A stretch of DNA of 64,000 nt from the IMG/VR virus record IMGVR_UViG_3300030000_000409, positions 10,284 to 74,283 of that record. One strand, given 5' to 3'. The stretch is from a virus. Taxonomy: Duplodnaviria; Heunggongvirae; Uroviricota; Caudoviricetes. Positions 46,077 through 57,733 of this stretch are shown in pieces. The translations under genes were made by a program, and so were the position numbers. The notes under the pieces are model-generated. The model was not told the origin of the DNA. It saw only the letters and a list, made by a program, of their open reading frames with translations, and made no database searches. Position 1 is the stretch's first letter. Each line of letters starts with the position of its first letter.

Positions 46077-48182
46077 ATCATGATTCATAGTTACGGTCAA
46101 ATTTCTGAAGAAGAAAGGATTGCCTTTGAAGCTATTGTCAACGAGACAACAGTAGCTTTCAAAGCAGAATTTCAAGCACTTCTGAAAAAGTATAAATGTG
46201 AAATGGGAGTAGCTACTTCTTCACGTGCATATGAAACGTGTGTTGATGGTGTGGAGTTCACCTTCGACGGAATTTATGAAGAGGGCAAAGTTATTCGACC
46301 GTACTTTGACATTAATGTTGGTACTTTTGCAAACGGTGATTGCGTTTAAACTTTTAGGATGAAATGATGAACGAACGTATCAAAGCCTTAATTAAGCAGT
46401 GTTCAGATTATGATCATCACTCTGGTAAAACAGATTTTGATAAGGAACGGTTCGCAGAACTGATCGTTCACGAGTGCATTCTACTGTCTCAGCAAAATGC
46501 AGATATGTTACAGCTTACTATGCCAGATGCTGCATATGGTATTCTTAGCAACAATCAAAGTCTCCGCGAACATTTTGGAGTGAAATGATGAAAATCACAT
46601 ATGAAACTACAACAACATTAAATCAAGAACAGTTGTTTTCTATTATGAAGGAATATCTTGAAAAGAAGACTGACAAACGATTAGCCAACTTTTCTTGGAA
46701 AGATACTGATGCTGGCATGACTTGTACATTAGAGTTTTGCTCTGAGACCAAGGAGTTGAATGATGAATGAGGATCTGATTGAGTCGCTTGCTAAACAAGC
46801 TGTTGCTTATGCTGATTCTATCCACACTGAAAAATATACAGTGTATATGGAAAACTACAACACTAAGTTCGCAGAACTTATAGCCAACGCCACATGCAAC
46901 ATCATTCTTCATTACACTGATGTGGATGAAGGTGTTGGTGTTGCGAAGAAACATTTTGGGATTGAATGATGAAAACATATGATGAAATTATCACCTTTAT
47001 GGTGAATGATGCTGAAGGAGCAAAACAACTTCGTTATTCGGAGTGGGCTGCTATTTTGGTAATTTCAGAAATTTATGGTAAACCATATTCTCACATCAAA
47101 AATGATATTGATGAAATTCTAAAGAAGAATGAAGTAGACCGCAAGACAGGCAGAAAAGCACAGGTAAAGTTGGAAAATTATCAACGTCACCTTGCTAATT
47201 TATCAAAAGGCAATAGTATTTCAGGGTAAAAAACATGAATGAACTTTTTGTTGAACTAGCAAAACAGGTTTATGTTTCTGGTGAACCTCAAAAGAACAAA
47301 GGTGAACAAGAATATCTTTGGTACGATTTCCGTGAGGATAATCTGAAAAGGTTCACAGAACTTCTTATTAGGGAAGCAGCAAAAGCGCTGTGGACTGAAG
47401 AATGTCTTACTAGTGATCTTGCATTGGAAGAATTCAGTCGCAACGTACAGAAAATTAACAAACATTTTGGAATTATTTAAAAGGAAATATGATGAAAGAA
47501 CTTAATCTCAATAAGAACAGTTTGCATTTTAAAATTGCAGCGATGGTTGGATATATTCCACGTACCAAACATGTTGACCGCAGTGGTGACGAGGATTATT
47601 GTGGTAACAATCCAGATATCTGTACTTACATCAATTTTGTTTTTCGTGGTATCATTGTTCTCTTGTTGTGTGGAATTGTGATAGCTTTCTTTGGTCATAT
47701 TTTGGCTCATATGTTTTTAGGAATCATTTACAGTTTCATTATGGGTGAATGGTTTTTCACCGACATGGGTGAAGCAGCAATTATTATTTTTGGTAGTATT
47801 AGTGCTGGTGTTTGTATCTTTTTCGGAACCAAAAAATATACTGAGTGGAGTTATAACCGTAGGATTGAAAAACGTAAAGCAGATAAAGACGTAGAAGAAG
47901 TTAAGGATTCATTTATCAAACATGCTTATCTGAGTTGGAAAGGGAAATATTGTGTGAACATTAAATTCACAGAGTAAAATAGATGTGATCTGAAATGCAT
48001 CATCAAATACTTTCTGAACGTATACTTGATAGTAGAGAAACACAGATGGTCTACAATGAAATCTGTGTTTTTAATTTACATCATTTTGCAGTGTATCATT
48101 CTCAAGAATTTTCCGAGTACTACTTTAATCACAAAGGTAAACAATATCGTTTAATTTATGACCACTCAGGTGACCGTTTTTG

Positions 48183-48191
48183 TGATATAAT
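48183..48191 (+). promoter_or_regulatory. early promoter, extended -10, inside the coding sequence
   Basis: tgtgaTATAAT within ORF 47995..48255, 45 nt upstream of the 48236 ORF. Confidence 0.35.
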
Positions 48192-49608
48192 ATATGAAGG
48201 TGAATATTACAAAAAACCCAATGTTCAATTAGAAAGTGAAAACTATGTCATGTAATGTATTGATTATCGGATATGTAATCTCCGTGATTACTTGTTTGAG
48301 TATGTTGTTAAGTCTCAAAAAATGTGCACGTGAAGATGTGAACTTAGAACAACTCATTTGGATTACCTTCATGTCAATTTGTCCAATTGTTAATTCGACG
48401 ATTGTTGCATCTATTACTGTTGGATCATTGTTGTATGCTGTAGGATTTGTGATGGAAACGTGTTTCCAAAATACAAATCATTAAATTGTGGGACTCGTAT
48501 TGTATTCAAATGGAGCGACAAAGAATGAAAAAGAAACCAATCCAATTTTCTGAAAAAGTCAATAGAATCAGATTTACATTGCCTGATGGAAATGTTATCA
48601 TGAACAGAAATGTCGAGGATTGGGTTATTGAACAACATTCATTTGATCCAGAATTTATTCCATACACCCTTCGTATGGATGCTAATATAAAGGGGGTCAA
48701 ATTGGTCAGTTTTACGGTTGATAGCAAGGCGTATCTTGTCGATGCCAAAGTTGAATGGCGTTAAGTTTTTAAAAGGATGTGAATTATGATTAAACGTTTT
48801 ATTATTTCTGTTGCAATTATGTGTGCAACAGTTTCGTCAATGGCTACTACATTGGATGTTTCAAATTTGTCAAAAGAACAAATTGATCAAGTGACAGCTC
48901 AAGTTAAAGCTCTCAAAGATACCTCAGCACCAAATGTATCAGCACAAATCCGACAAGAAGCAACTGCTTGGGGTGAACTAGGTGGAAATATCGGTAAAGC
49001 GATGGTCGGTGCAGCAAAAGAAATTGGTGTTGCAGCAAATGAATTTTCTCAAACCGATTTGGGTAAAGTAGTCACCGTTATTGTTGTCTACAAATTGATC
49101 GGTTTGACGTTGACGAAACTTGTCATTGGTTGTTGCGTTATGTTGTTCGGCTGCCCATTCTCGATTTGGATACTACGCACGACTTTTGGTACACGTAAGA
49201 CCTACGAATATAAACCATATCTTTTTGGTATGTGGAATCGAAAGATTGTAACTTCTTCAAATGAAGACAGTGACTTCACTGTATTTCGAGTGATTATTGG
49301 TTGTGTTGCAATGATTCTGACGTTCATTGTCGGTTTAAATGTCATTTTTTGATTAGGTGATTTAAATGTTGCTACTTTATATTCATTTAGTCACCGTCAT
49401 AATTTCATTGATATATTACATTGCTTCTGAGTGGTATAATGGGAATGATATATCAATTGAAACATTGATTGAAATGACTATCATATCGTGTGTACCAGTT
49501 CTAAACATTGTGACAATATTCACCTTAGATGGTCGGATTAAACACTTTTTTACAAACTTATTAAATCCTAAAAAGATTATTATTAAGGGTCGTAAAAATG
49601 AAAATTCA

Positions 49609-49617
49609 TGATATAAT
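49609..49617 (+). promoter_or_regulatory. early promoter, extended -10
   Basis: tgaTATAAT upstream of 49629. Confidence 0.4.
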
Positions 49618-49918
49618 ATCAACATAAAATGTTTTCTTTTTTAAAACGCAAACCTAAAGTCGATTATACACATTGGGATATCCATGCTTTGGCTAGGGTC
49701 TTAGATCCTAAAGCGTGGGAACAATTTGATTCTCTCCCAATCGATATTAGAACCGGAAAGAAACCATATTATAGCAGTTTTGCACCAGTTCAATGTTCTT
49801 TTGCTATGGCAATTAATGCATTGAAATCTGGTGTAAAGGCAACTAAGCATCATTTGTGGAACAATGAAGAACTAATTGCACACATCAACAACACCAAATG
49901 TAAAAACTGAAGGAACAC

Positions 49919-50374
49919 ATGATGAAAAAAGGCGAAATGCTTTCCCGGATGATTGTTATTGCAACAAATGCCCACGCTGGACAATTTGATAAAGCGGGCA
50001 AGCCATACATTCTACACCCACTACGGGTGATGTCATTCATCAAAGAAGATGATGAAGAACTCCAATGTATTGCTGTTGGTCATGATTTGTTTGAAGACAC
50101 CAAAGTCACGAAACAAGACCTCCGTGATGAAGGTATCTCAGAACGTGTTATCAATGGTATTTGGTGCATGACAAAGCTTCCTGGAGAAACACTAGAAGAA
50201 TACAAAGCTCGTGTGTTTTCGAATGAAGATTCAATGAAAGCCAAGAAGGCAGACCTACGTCACAACAGTGATATTCGTCGGCTAAAGGGTGTCACTGCAA
50301 AGGACTTTGAACGTACTGCAAAGTATATGCAGTTCTACGCAGAAATTGAAGAAAAACTGAAGGAAATGCAATGA
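49919..50374 (+). CDS. small alarmone hydrolase (RelA/SpoT-type HD domain, Mesh1-like)
   Basis: ATNAHAGQFDKAGKPYILHPLRV and AVGHDLFEDT match the SpoT/Mesh1 hydrolase motifs (H.GQ.R.SG.PYI.HPL.V; HD..ED). Confidence 0.6.
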   Translation: MMKKGEMLSRMIVIATNAHAGQFDKAGKPYILHPLRVMSFIKEDDEELQCIAVGHDLFEDTKVTKQDLRDEGISERVINGIWCMTKLPGETLEEYKARVFSNEDSMKAKKADLRHNSDIRRLKGVTAKDFERTAKYMQFYAEIEEKLKEMQ

Positions 50375-50588
50375 TACATTTCTTCAAAGATTTCACTTTC
50401 AAAAGCATCAAAGCAGAATTCACACGACTTTCTTTTAAAGGAAAGTGCATAGTTCCTATTCGTGTTGTGGTACTTTTTCCACTCGTGTTTATAATTTTCC
50501 TTTCAAATTTTATCAATGATTGTCTAAATGACATCTTCAACTTTGTTGATACTTTTCTTGACACGAATCAGTAAAATAATCAGAATTG

Positions 50589-50597
50589 TGATATAAT
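50589..50597 (+). promoter_or_regulatory. early promoter, extended -10
   Basis: tgtgaTATAAT upstream of 50629. Confidence 0.45.
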
Positions 50598-52476
50598 AAT
50601 ATCATTCCAGAACTTAGAAAGTTATCAAATGAAAACCCCATATCTGATTCAACGTGCAAAAATTAATACCCCACTTGCACCTAAAGATACTCGGCTTTCT
50701 AAAGCTGTATCTTTTGACTATATGGGGTCTTCTGAATTTGAATTTGGTGCTTTACCTGCATCATTCCGTCAAATCGAGATAGTTGCTGATTCTTGGACAT
50801 GTCGAATTGTTCCGGATATTACTGATGGTGAAATCCCGTTGCGTGTTTGGTCTTCTCTATCTGATAGCGATTTTGAGACGTACGTTGGTTACCTAAAATT
50901 GTTTAGAGCTGGGGGTCTTAAGATGCCCTACACGAAAGAAGGTGTACATTTTGAAATCGATCGTGCATATTCACGATATGACTACACAGATTTTTGGTGG
51001 GATATTGATAATCACGTGATGTTTGGCTTTAAGAAGGAATTTATGAAGCGAGTTGGTGATTATGTTGCTTCTAGCATTCAATACATGAATGAGAAAAAGA
51101 ATGGATAAATGTCTAATAAATATGGTTCAACAGTCGGGTGGTTATCTCGAGTTGACACCAGGGCGAGTCGATAACGATTTGGCATTCAACGAACGTGTTG
51201 TTTTCCCAAATGCAAAATCGATGCACATGTTTATGGAATCGATCTCATCTGCTATCGCAGAAGTGTGCGATTATGAAGCAGATAAATATTTGACTCTTCG
51301 AAAAAATGAAATGGATTTCAGTGAGAAGAATATTTATGCTGAGGGAGAGGCTGCTTGCAAAACAATTAAGCGTAAAGTAAATTTGCTTTTTAAGGACTAA
51401 TGATGGAAAAGAAACCAGAAGGTTATATCGTTTATTGGACATCAATGTTTGCTGGAACAAAGAAGGGTTGGACCACCCCTAAATTCAAAGCGAACATGAA
51501 GACCATTAAGACTGAGGAATCAGCAATCGCATTGTGTAATACTCTGCATGATGCTAAGGATAATGGGACACCCTATATGTCTCGATCAGTGTTTCATGTG
51601 GGTGGTTATTTTAAATTGGGAGAAAAACATGGCGTATGAAGATGTAATCAACATGCTTAAAGAAAAAGCAAGAACGGAATGTTTCTACGACGATGAAGAT
51701 GAAGATGTCACTGTTGATGATTATGCTGGTGGCAATGTTGATGATGCATTTAGTACGGGTGAAAATGCTGGAGAAGTAACTTTGGCCCGCACTGTACTCA
51801 CACATCTTGGAATTGATTGGAAGAACTAACATGACCATAGTGAAGCAAATCCCCATTGATAAAGATGGTAAGGTAGTTAAAACGTTTTATTACCCTAATG
51901 ATTGGCAATATTCTTATGTTGATACTCAGAAAGCTGTTGGGTGGAAAGATAATGTTCCCGTTAATCTCATCTTGACATATAAACATATCACCTCTGGTGG
52001 CGGGTATGCTTTCAAGTTTGCATTTGCAGATAATAATGGCGAAACTTGGGAAGTGACTGGTAATGATTTTGAAGAGTTTGTGCCTCTTATGGTCAATGGA
52101 GTTATCTCTTCAACTTTCATTGTTACTAAAATTCGAGATTACTATCACTTGAAGCTTTTTGATCCAAAGAAGGACAAGAAAATGATTGATAATCCACATA
52201 AATTGAAATATCAGAATCAAATGGAAAAGATTAACTTTAAACATAATGAAAATAACTAACACTACCCGTCAATTCAGCAACGAAACATTCCGACTAGAAC
52301 TCAAAGCAGAGCTTACTATCGGTCTTGAAGAAATTCAAGATAGTATGGTGATGCTATCTGCCGATGAATATGCATTGATTCTCGGTAAAGAATTACTAAA
52401 GCAATTAAATGAGGGATTCCCGATCTTTAAAAAGTCTCTATCAAGCTAAATAAAATTTCATATCAGGTTAAAAGCA

Positions 52477-52485
52477 TGATATAAT
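52477..52485 (+). promoter_or_regulatory. early promoter, extended -10
   Basis: tgaTATAAT upstream of topo II gene 39. Confidence 0.45.
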
Positions 52486-52491
52486 ATAGAC

Positions 52492-54483
52492 ATGCTTAAT
52501 CTAAAGGACGAACAAATGGTAAAAACAAAAACAGTAGAAGAAAAGTTCCGTAAGCTTAATGAAGTGGAACACGTTCTTCTACGTCCAGGTCGGTATATTG
52601 GAGCTATCACTCCTCATACCGAAGATACTTTCGTATTTGATATTGCTACAAAGGCAATGGTCAAACGTTCAGTCACCTACAACCCTGGTTTCTTGAAACT
52701 CTTCGATGAAGTCATCTCCAATTCTGTTGACTTCTCTAAAACTCCTGAAGGAAAACATGTTGACACTATCCGTGTTGATGTTGATCAAGCTAAGGGTGAA
52801 ATTTCTATCTATGACAATGGTGGTATTCCAGTTCTGAAACACAAGGAATACGATCAATGGGTTCCAGAAATGATTTTCGAATTGCGGGCTGGTTCAAACT
52901 TTGATGACACTGATGAATCAATGTTGACTGGTCAAAACGGTGAAGGTGCTGCTCTCACCAACATTTTCTCTACCAAATTCTTGGTTGAAACCTGTGATGG
53001 TAAGAATAAATTCAAAATGGCTTTTGAAGACAATTCTCAAACCCGTCGTACAGCAAAAGTTGTACCGGCTGAAGGTGCTAAGGGTCATACTCGAATCACC
53101 TACAATCCAGACTTTGAAAAGTTAACCTGCACATTCACCGATGACAACATGTTGATGCTTTTGAAACGTGTTGTTGATGTTGCCGGGGTGAACAATCATC
53201 TGAAGGTATATTGGAATGGTGAACGCATCATGACTCGTACTTTCAAGGACTACGTAGAACTCTATACGGGTGCTGAAGGTGAATATGCTTATGACGAAAC
53301 TGAAAACTGGAAAGTCGCAGTTTCAGCTTCAGAAGATGGATTCCAACAAATCTCTTTTGTGAACGGTACTAATACCAAAGAAGGTGGTACTCACATTCTC
53401 TATGCAGGTATGCAAATTTGGGAACGTATCCGTGAATACATCAAGAAGAAACACAAAATTGATGTGAAGCCTTCTGAATTGCGTCAGCATATGACTCTAT
53501 TCATTGATTGTTCTATTGTGAATCCTCGTTACTCCAGTCAAACAAAAGAAAATTTGATGACTGAAGTTAAGGACTACAAGACTTCTTGGGATGTTCCAGA
53601 TAAGATGATCAACAAAATCATCAAGTCATCCATCATTCAAGACATTATTGATTGGGCTGAAACTAAAGCAAAACAGGAAGAATTGAAAGAGCTTCGCAAA
53701 CTCAACAAGGACACTAACAAAGCGGATCCTCGTCGAGTTGAAAAATTCTGTGATGCACATGAAAAACATCATCGTGAAAAGTGCATCTTGTTCTTGGCTG
53801 AAGGTGATTCTGCTGCTAAGTCTCTGTTTGCTGCTCGAGGAAAAACTCCATACATTGGTACTTATCCTCTGCGTGGTAAGCTGTTGAATATTCGTGAGAA
53901 GGAAATCAGTAGGGTTCTCGGTCTCGATAAGAAAAAGGATGGTAAGGTTGCTCCTAACGAAATTCAAAAAATCTTGACAATTATCGGTCTTCGTATCGGT
54001 GAACCAGTTAAGTCGTTGAAAGAATTACGTTTCGGTAAGGTCGCATTTGCTACTGATGCTGACGTTGATGGTTCCCACATTGCTGGTTTGTTAATGAATC
54101 TGTTTGAAGTCTTCTGGCCTGAACTGTTTGATCTCGGATTTATCCATATCTTGCGTACCCCAGTTGTCAAGGTTGTCTTGAAAAACAAAGAGGTAATGGA
54201 ATTCTTTACTGAACGAGAATTCAAGGAATGGGTACACAAGACTGGTGAAAAGACAAAAGGTTGGTCACACCGTTATTACAAGGGGTTGGGAACAACTAAG
54301 ACTGTTGACTTTGTCCCGTACATGGAAAATTTGAATGAGTACCTATTCCAAATTACCATGGACAGTGATGAAGACAAAGCATCAATCGATCTCGCCTTTA
54401 ATGGTGAACGTGCAGATGATCGTAAGGTTTGGCTTGAAACCCAAGCTGGTAATTTTGAAGACCATATTGTTGGAGCAATTTAA
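52492..54483 (+). CDS. 39: DNA topoisomerase II large subunit (GyrB-like; gp39 with gp60 region fused)
   Basis: N-terminal GHKL ATPase (LLRPGRYIGA, NSVDF, IYDNGGIPV, LTGQNGEGAALTNIFS) and TOPRIM (LFLAEGDSAAKS, FATDADVDGSHI). At 663 aa it exceeds T4 gp39, consistent with an unsplit 39/60. Confidence 0.8.
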   Translation: MLNLKDEQMVKTKTVEEKFRKLNEVEHVLLRPGRYIGAITPHTEDTFVFDIATKAMVKRSVTYNPGFLKLFDEVISNSVDFSKTPEGKHVDTIRVDVDQAKGEISIYDNGGIPVLKHKEYDQWVPEMIFELRAGSNFDDTDESMLTGQNGEGAALTNIFSTKFLVETCDGKNKFKMAFEDNSQTRRTAKVVPAEGAKGHTRITYNPDFEKLTCTFTDDNMLMLLKRVVDVAGVNNHLKVYWNGERIMTRTFKDYVELYTGAEGEYAYDETENWKVAVSASEDGFQQISFVNGTNTKEGGTHILYAGMQIWERIREYIKKKHKIDVKPSELRQHMTLFIDCSIVNPRYSSQTKENLMTEVKDYKTSWDVPDKMINKIIKSSIIQDIIDWAETKAKQEELKELRKLNKDTNKADPRRVEKFCDAHEKHHREKCILFLAEGDSAAKSLFAARGKTPYIGTYPLRGKLLNIREKEISRVLGLDKKKDGKVAPNEIQKILTIIGLRIGEPVKSLKELRFGKVAFATDADVDGSHIAGLLMNLFEVFWPELFDLGFIHILRTPVVKVVLKNKEVMEFFTEREFKEWVHKTGEKTKGWSHRYYKGLGTTKTVDFVPYMENLNEYLFQITMDSDEDKASIDLAFNGERADDRKVWLETQAGNFEDHIVGAI

Positions 54484-54691
54484 TGGATACACGTACGCCT
54501 TTCCCCATTAATTCTGATTACACGACCCAAGTTCGGATTATTGCTCTTCATTATGCTGTGAGAGTAACTGCTGATTTTGAACAGCCCCGAAATGGCAGTC
54601 ATTATCGACCGGGTTCTACTTGTGAGAGTAAAGAAGTTATTTCTCTAGCAAAAGATTTTGAAAAATATATCAACGGTACTAAATAACAGGG

Positions 54692-54697
54692 TATAAT
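54692..54697 (+). promoter_or_regulatory. promoter -10 (TATAAT)
   Basis: gggTATAATAAT 6 nt upstream of gene 52. Confidence 0.35.
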
Positions 54698-54702
54698 AAT
54701 AC

Positions 54703-56076
54703 ATGATCGCAAAAACACAACCCAAACAGTCTGATGTCGGTAATCTTCGTACTCGTCGAATGCCAGCCCGACATTTTTTCAATTCTGCTTTTAAAGAGTT
54801 CTCTCTTTATGACAATGTTCGTTCTATTCCTAAGTTGACTGATGGTCTAAAACCATCTCAACGAAAGGCTATTTACGGTACTTTTCTCCGAGGAGAAAAT
54901 GCTGGTCTTCTGTCTGTTGAACGACTTTCTGCAGCTTGTGCAGCTTCAACCGATTATCACCATGGTATCGGTTCAATGCAATCAACCATTGTTGGTTTAG
55001 CAGTTGACTATCCTGGTGCAAACAACATGAATATCTTTTTGCCAGAAGGGCAATTTGGTTCTCGATTGACTTCAGAAGCTGCTGCACCACGTTACATTGA
55101 AACGAAATTCTCTCCAAATTTCCGTGCACTGTTTCCAAAAGCAGATGATGGTATTTTGGTTCACAATGAAACCGATGGAGAAAAAATTGAACCAAAAACG
55201 TATCTTCCTATTCTGCCAATCTCGTTGATCAATGGTGCAGAAGGTACCGGTACAGGACATGCATGTTTGATTAAGGCCTACAATCCAAAAGACGTTGCTG
55301 CTGCTTGTGTCAATGTACTTCTTGGTAAGAAGCTAAAACCTGGAACGTTGACTCCTTGGTATCGAGGATTCAGTGGAAAGATTGAACGTGTTCAAGAAAC
55401 TGGTCAAGTTGTGATTACCGGTAAACTCGAAGTTGTCAACACCACAACTATCAAAATTACCGAACTACCAATTGGTATGTATCTTGACCAATATTTGGAA
55501 CATTTGTCCAAGTTGGAAGAAGCAGAAGTCATCAAGGATTTTGAAAATAAATCTGTTGAAGAAGGTTTTGAATTTATCGTTACTGCACCACGTAGTACTA
55601 CAGCTCTACCACTTGATGAGCTTTACAAAAAGTTCAAATTGATTTCGCGTGACACAGAAAACTTTACACTTTGGACTCCTGAGGGAACTCTGAAACGTTA
55701 TGAGTCAGCAGAAGCAATCATTGAAACTTTTGTTGAATGGCGGGCAGGTCTCTATGAAGTTCGGCGATTGAAGCTTATCGATGAAAGTGAAGAATCAATC
55801 CGTTGGTTGTCTGAAAAACTCCGATTCATCATGTTCTATCTTGCAAACAGTGATCAGTTCAAGAACAAAAAGAAAGATGATTTGATTGCACTCTTGTTGA
55901 AAAACGAGTTTGTGGATTATGATCGTTTGCTTCAAATGCAAATTTGGACATTGACCCGAGATAAGATTGAGGATCTGAAGAACCAAATCACGGAAGAAAA
56001 GAAGAATCTGTCTACTCTCAAGGCTGATACTGCAGCTGCAATGTATACGCGGGAATTGAAAGAATTCAAAGGTTGA
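54703..56076 (+). CDS. 52: DNA topoisomerase II medium subunit (GyrA-like; gp52)
   Basis: LKPSQRKAIYG (the GyrA-like DGLKPVQR region), HHG, and LPEGQFGSRL..AAPRYIETKFS follow the GyrA/gp52 breakage-reunion motifs. Confidence 0.75.
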   Translation: MIAKTQPKQSDVGNLRTRRMPARHFFNSAFKEFSLYDNVRSIPKLTDGLKPSQRKAIYGTFLRGENAGLLSVERLSAACAASTDYHHGIGSMQSTIVGLAVDYPGANNMNIFLPEGQFGSRLTSEAAAPRYIETKFSPNFRALFPKADDGILVHNETDGEKIEPKTYLPILPISLINGAEGTGTGHACLIKAYNPKDVAAACVNVLLGKKLKPGTLTPWYRGFSGKIERVQETGQVVITGKLEVVNTTTIKITELPIGMYLDQYLEHLSKLEEAEVIKDFENKSVEEGFEFIVTAPRSTTALPLDELYKKFKLISRDTENFTLWTPEGTLKRYESAEAIIETFVEWRAGLYEVRRLKLIDESEESIRWLSEKLRFIMFYLANSDQFKNKKKDDLIALLLKNEFVDYDRLLQMQIWTLTRDKIEDLKNQITEEKKNLSTLKADTAAAMYTRELKEFKG

Positions 56077-56506
56077 CCGAGTTCGGAATTTTTAAAAAGG
56101 ATTAAATAAATGAAAAGCTTTTTTACTCTAGTATGTAGTTATTTACTGACACCATTTCTATTAGCCATGTATTGGTACACGAATCATTTCGGTTTCATTT
56201 TCGTGTATGACATGTTGCTTTTTGTTCTCTCCGTTTTGATGTTCTTTATAAGCGGTATTCTGTTTTTGGTGAGAGATCAAATATCGGCATTGAATAACAG
56301 CTCACAGTTGGCTTTAGACCAACTGAAAAAGATTAATGAACAGCCTTGGTGGAAAACATATATCACTTACGTTTACTGGATTGTTCCTTTTATGTATTTG
56401 GTTTATCTTGAATTTTATGGAAGTACTGTTCTTCTCTTGATGTATGTCTGTGGTGCACTCATTTTAAAAGCTGTTATCAAAATGGTTGTTGTCAAAATTA
56501 CTGAAA

Positions 56507-57199
56507 ATGAATCAAGTAAGAGCTAGGAAAGTCCTGGGAGTGAAAGCCGGTGATCCATATGAGATTATTAAATCAAGATATCGATCACTTGCTATGCAAC
56601 ATCATCCAGATCGAAAAGGTGGGGATGGTGAGAAATTCAAAGAGGTAAATAAGGCGTATGAGATTTTAGCTACCTCTTTGGATGATCCTAATATCAGACC
56701 TAATAATCTGATTGTAAAGGTTTCACTTAATGAAGCATTTACCGGCGGTTCAACTAGTGTAGTTCTTGATGGTGTGGTACGCACTGTTGATTATCCAATC
56801 CTTGAAAAACCATATACAGTTTTAGAGTATACATTCAATGAGGTAAAATACACTCTAGCATTTATTGTTGAAGCTAGTTCTATTACATGGGATTCAGGTG
56901 AATTCCGAGAACGAACTAAAGGTGACATATCAACAACAGTAGATGTATCACCATTCACATTGATAATGGGTGGGTGGTTTAAATATACTGGGTTTGATTT
57001 GAGTGAATCCAAACTGTACATCCCTGCAGGGTGTGCATCTGGTAGTATCCTTACTGTTAAAAATAAGGGCTATTGGAAAAACGTTGATGAGAATACTAGA
57101 GGAGATTGTTTTCTCCGTATAGTACCGATGATAAAAAAATTAGAAGAATATTCATCGGAAGAAATCAATGCATTCAAAGAAAGACTTAATTCAGTTTGA
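56507..57199 (+). CDS. J-domain (DnaJ-like) protein
   Basis: DPYEIIKSRYRSLAMQHHPDRKGGDGEKFKEVNKAYEIL is a J domain with the HPD tripeptide. Confidence 0.6.
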   Translation: MNQVRARKVLGVKAGDPYEIIKSRYRSLAMQHHPDRKGGDGEKFKEVNKAYEILATSLDDPNIRPNNLIVKVSLNEAFTGGSTSVVLDGVVRTVDYPILEKPYTVLEYTFNEVKYTLAFIVEASSITWDSGEFRERTKGDISTTVDVSPFTLIMGGWFKYTGFDLSESKLYIPAGCASGSILTVKNKGYWKNVDENTRGDCFLRIVPMIKKLEEYSSEEINAFKERLNSV

Positions 57200-57701
57200 T
57201 TATTATGGACTAAGAAAAGTAATTAGTGGCGGTCAATGCGGCTCTGATAGGGGCGGCATTGAAGCTGCTAAAAATTTCGGAATAGAAACTGGTGGTACTG
57301 CACCAGCAGGTTGGAGAACTTGGTATGGACCAGCTCCAGAACTGAAAGAGTTCGGACTAACAGAACATCGATCTTCAGAATATCCCCCAAGAACAGAATC
57401 AAACGTCCGTCAATCTGATGGTACATTGATTGTTGCTTCTAATTTAAATTCTCCGGGTATAACACTTACCAGAAACTTATGCAATAAGTTTAGTCGACCA
57501 TTTTTCAGTGTTCGACCGGCAGATGGTTTCTCACCAAATGACGTAGTGTCTTTTTTGGTATCTCACAATATTTCTGTGTTGAATGTTGCTGGGAATAGAG
57601 ACAAAAATCCAAGCATTACTACGCATTTGGATTTCACACAGAAATTATTGACACAGGTTTTTGAAATTATGGCTGATAACAAGCTGATTATCAAACCATA
57701 A
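57168..57701 (+). CDS. SLOG/YpsA-like Rossmann-fold protein (LOG/DprA-like superfamily)
   Basis: ISGGQCGSDRGGIEAAKNFGIETGGTAPAGW matches GGQ.G.DR.A..AA...G....G..P.G of the YpsA/molybdenum-cofactor-carrier-like SLOG proteins. Confidence 0.45.
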   Translation: MHSKKDLIQFDYYGLRKVISGGQCGSDRGGIEAAKNFGIETGGTAPAGWRTWYGPAPELKEFGLTEHRSSEYPPRTESNVRQSDGTLIVASNLNSPGITLTRNLCNKFSRPFFSVRPADGFSPNDVVSFLVSHNISVLNVAGNRDKNPSITTHLDFTQKLLTQVFEIMADNKLIIKP

Positions 57702-57733
57702 ATATCGAATATTATACATAAAGGATAAAAAAT

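Noticed and set aside
30300-54697. The recurring GTGATATAAT-type elements as a CRISPR-like or other repeat array
   Set aside because: The spacing is irregular (1-5 kb), the repeats sit immediately upstream of start codons, and they match the extended -10 promoter consensus. They are promoters, not repeat-spacer arrays.
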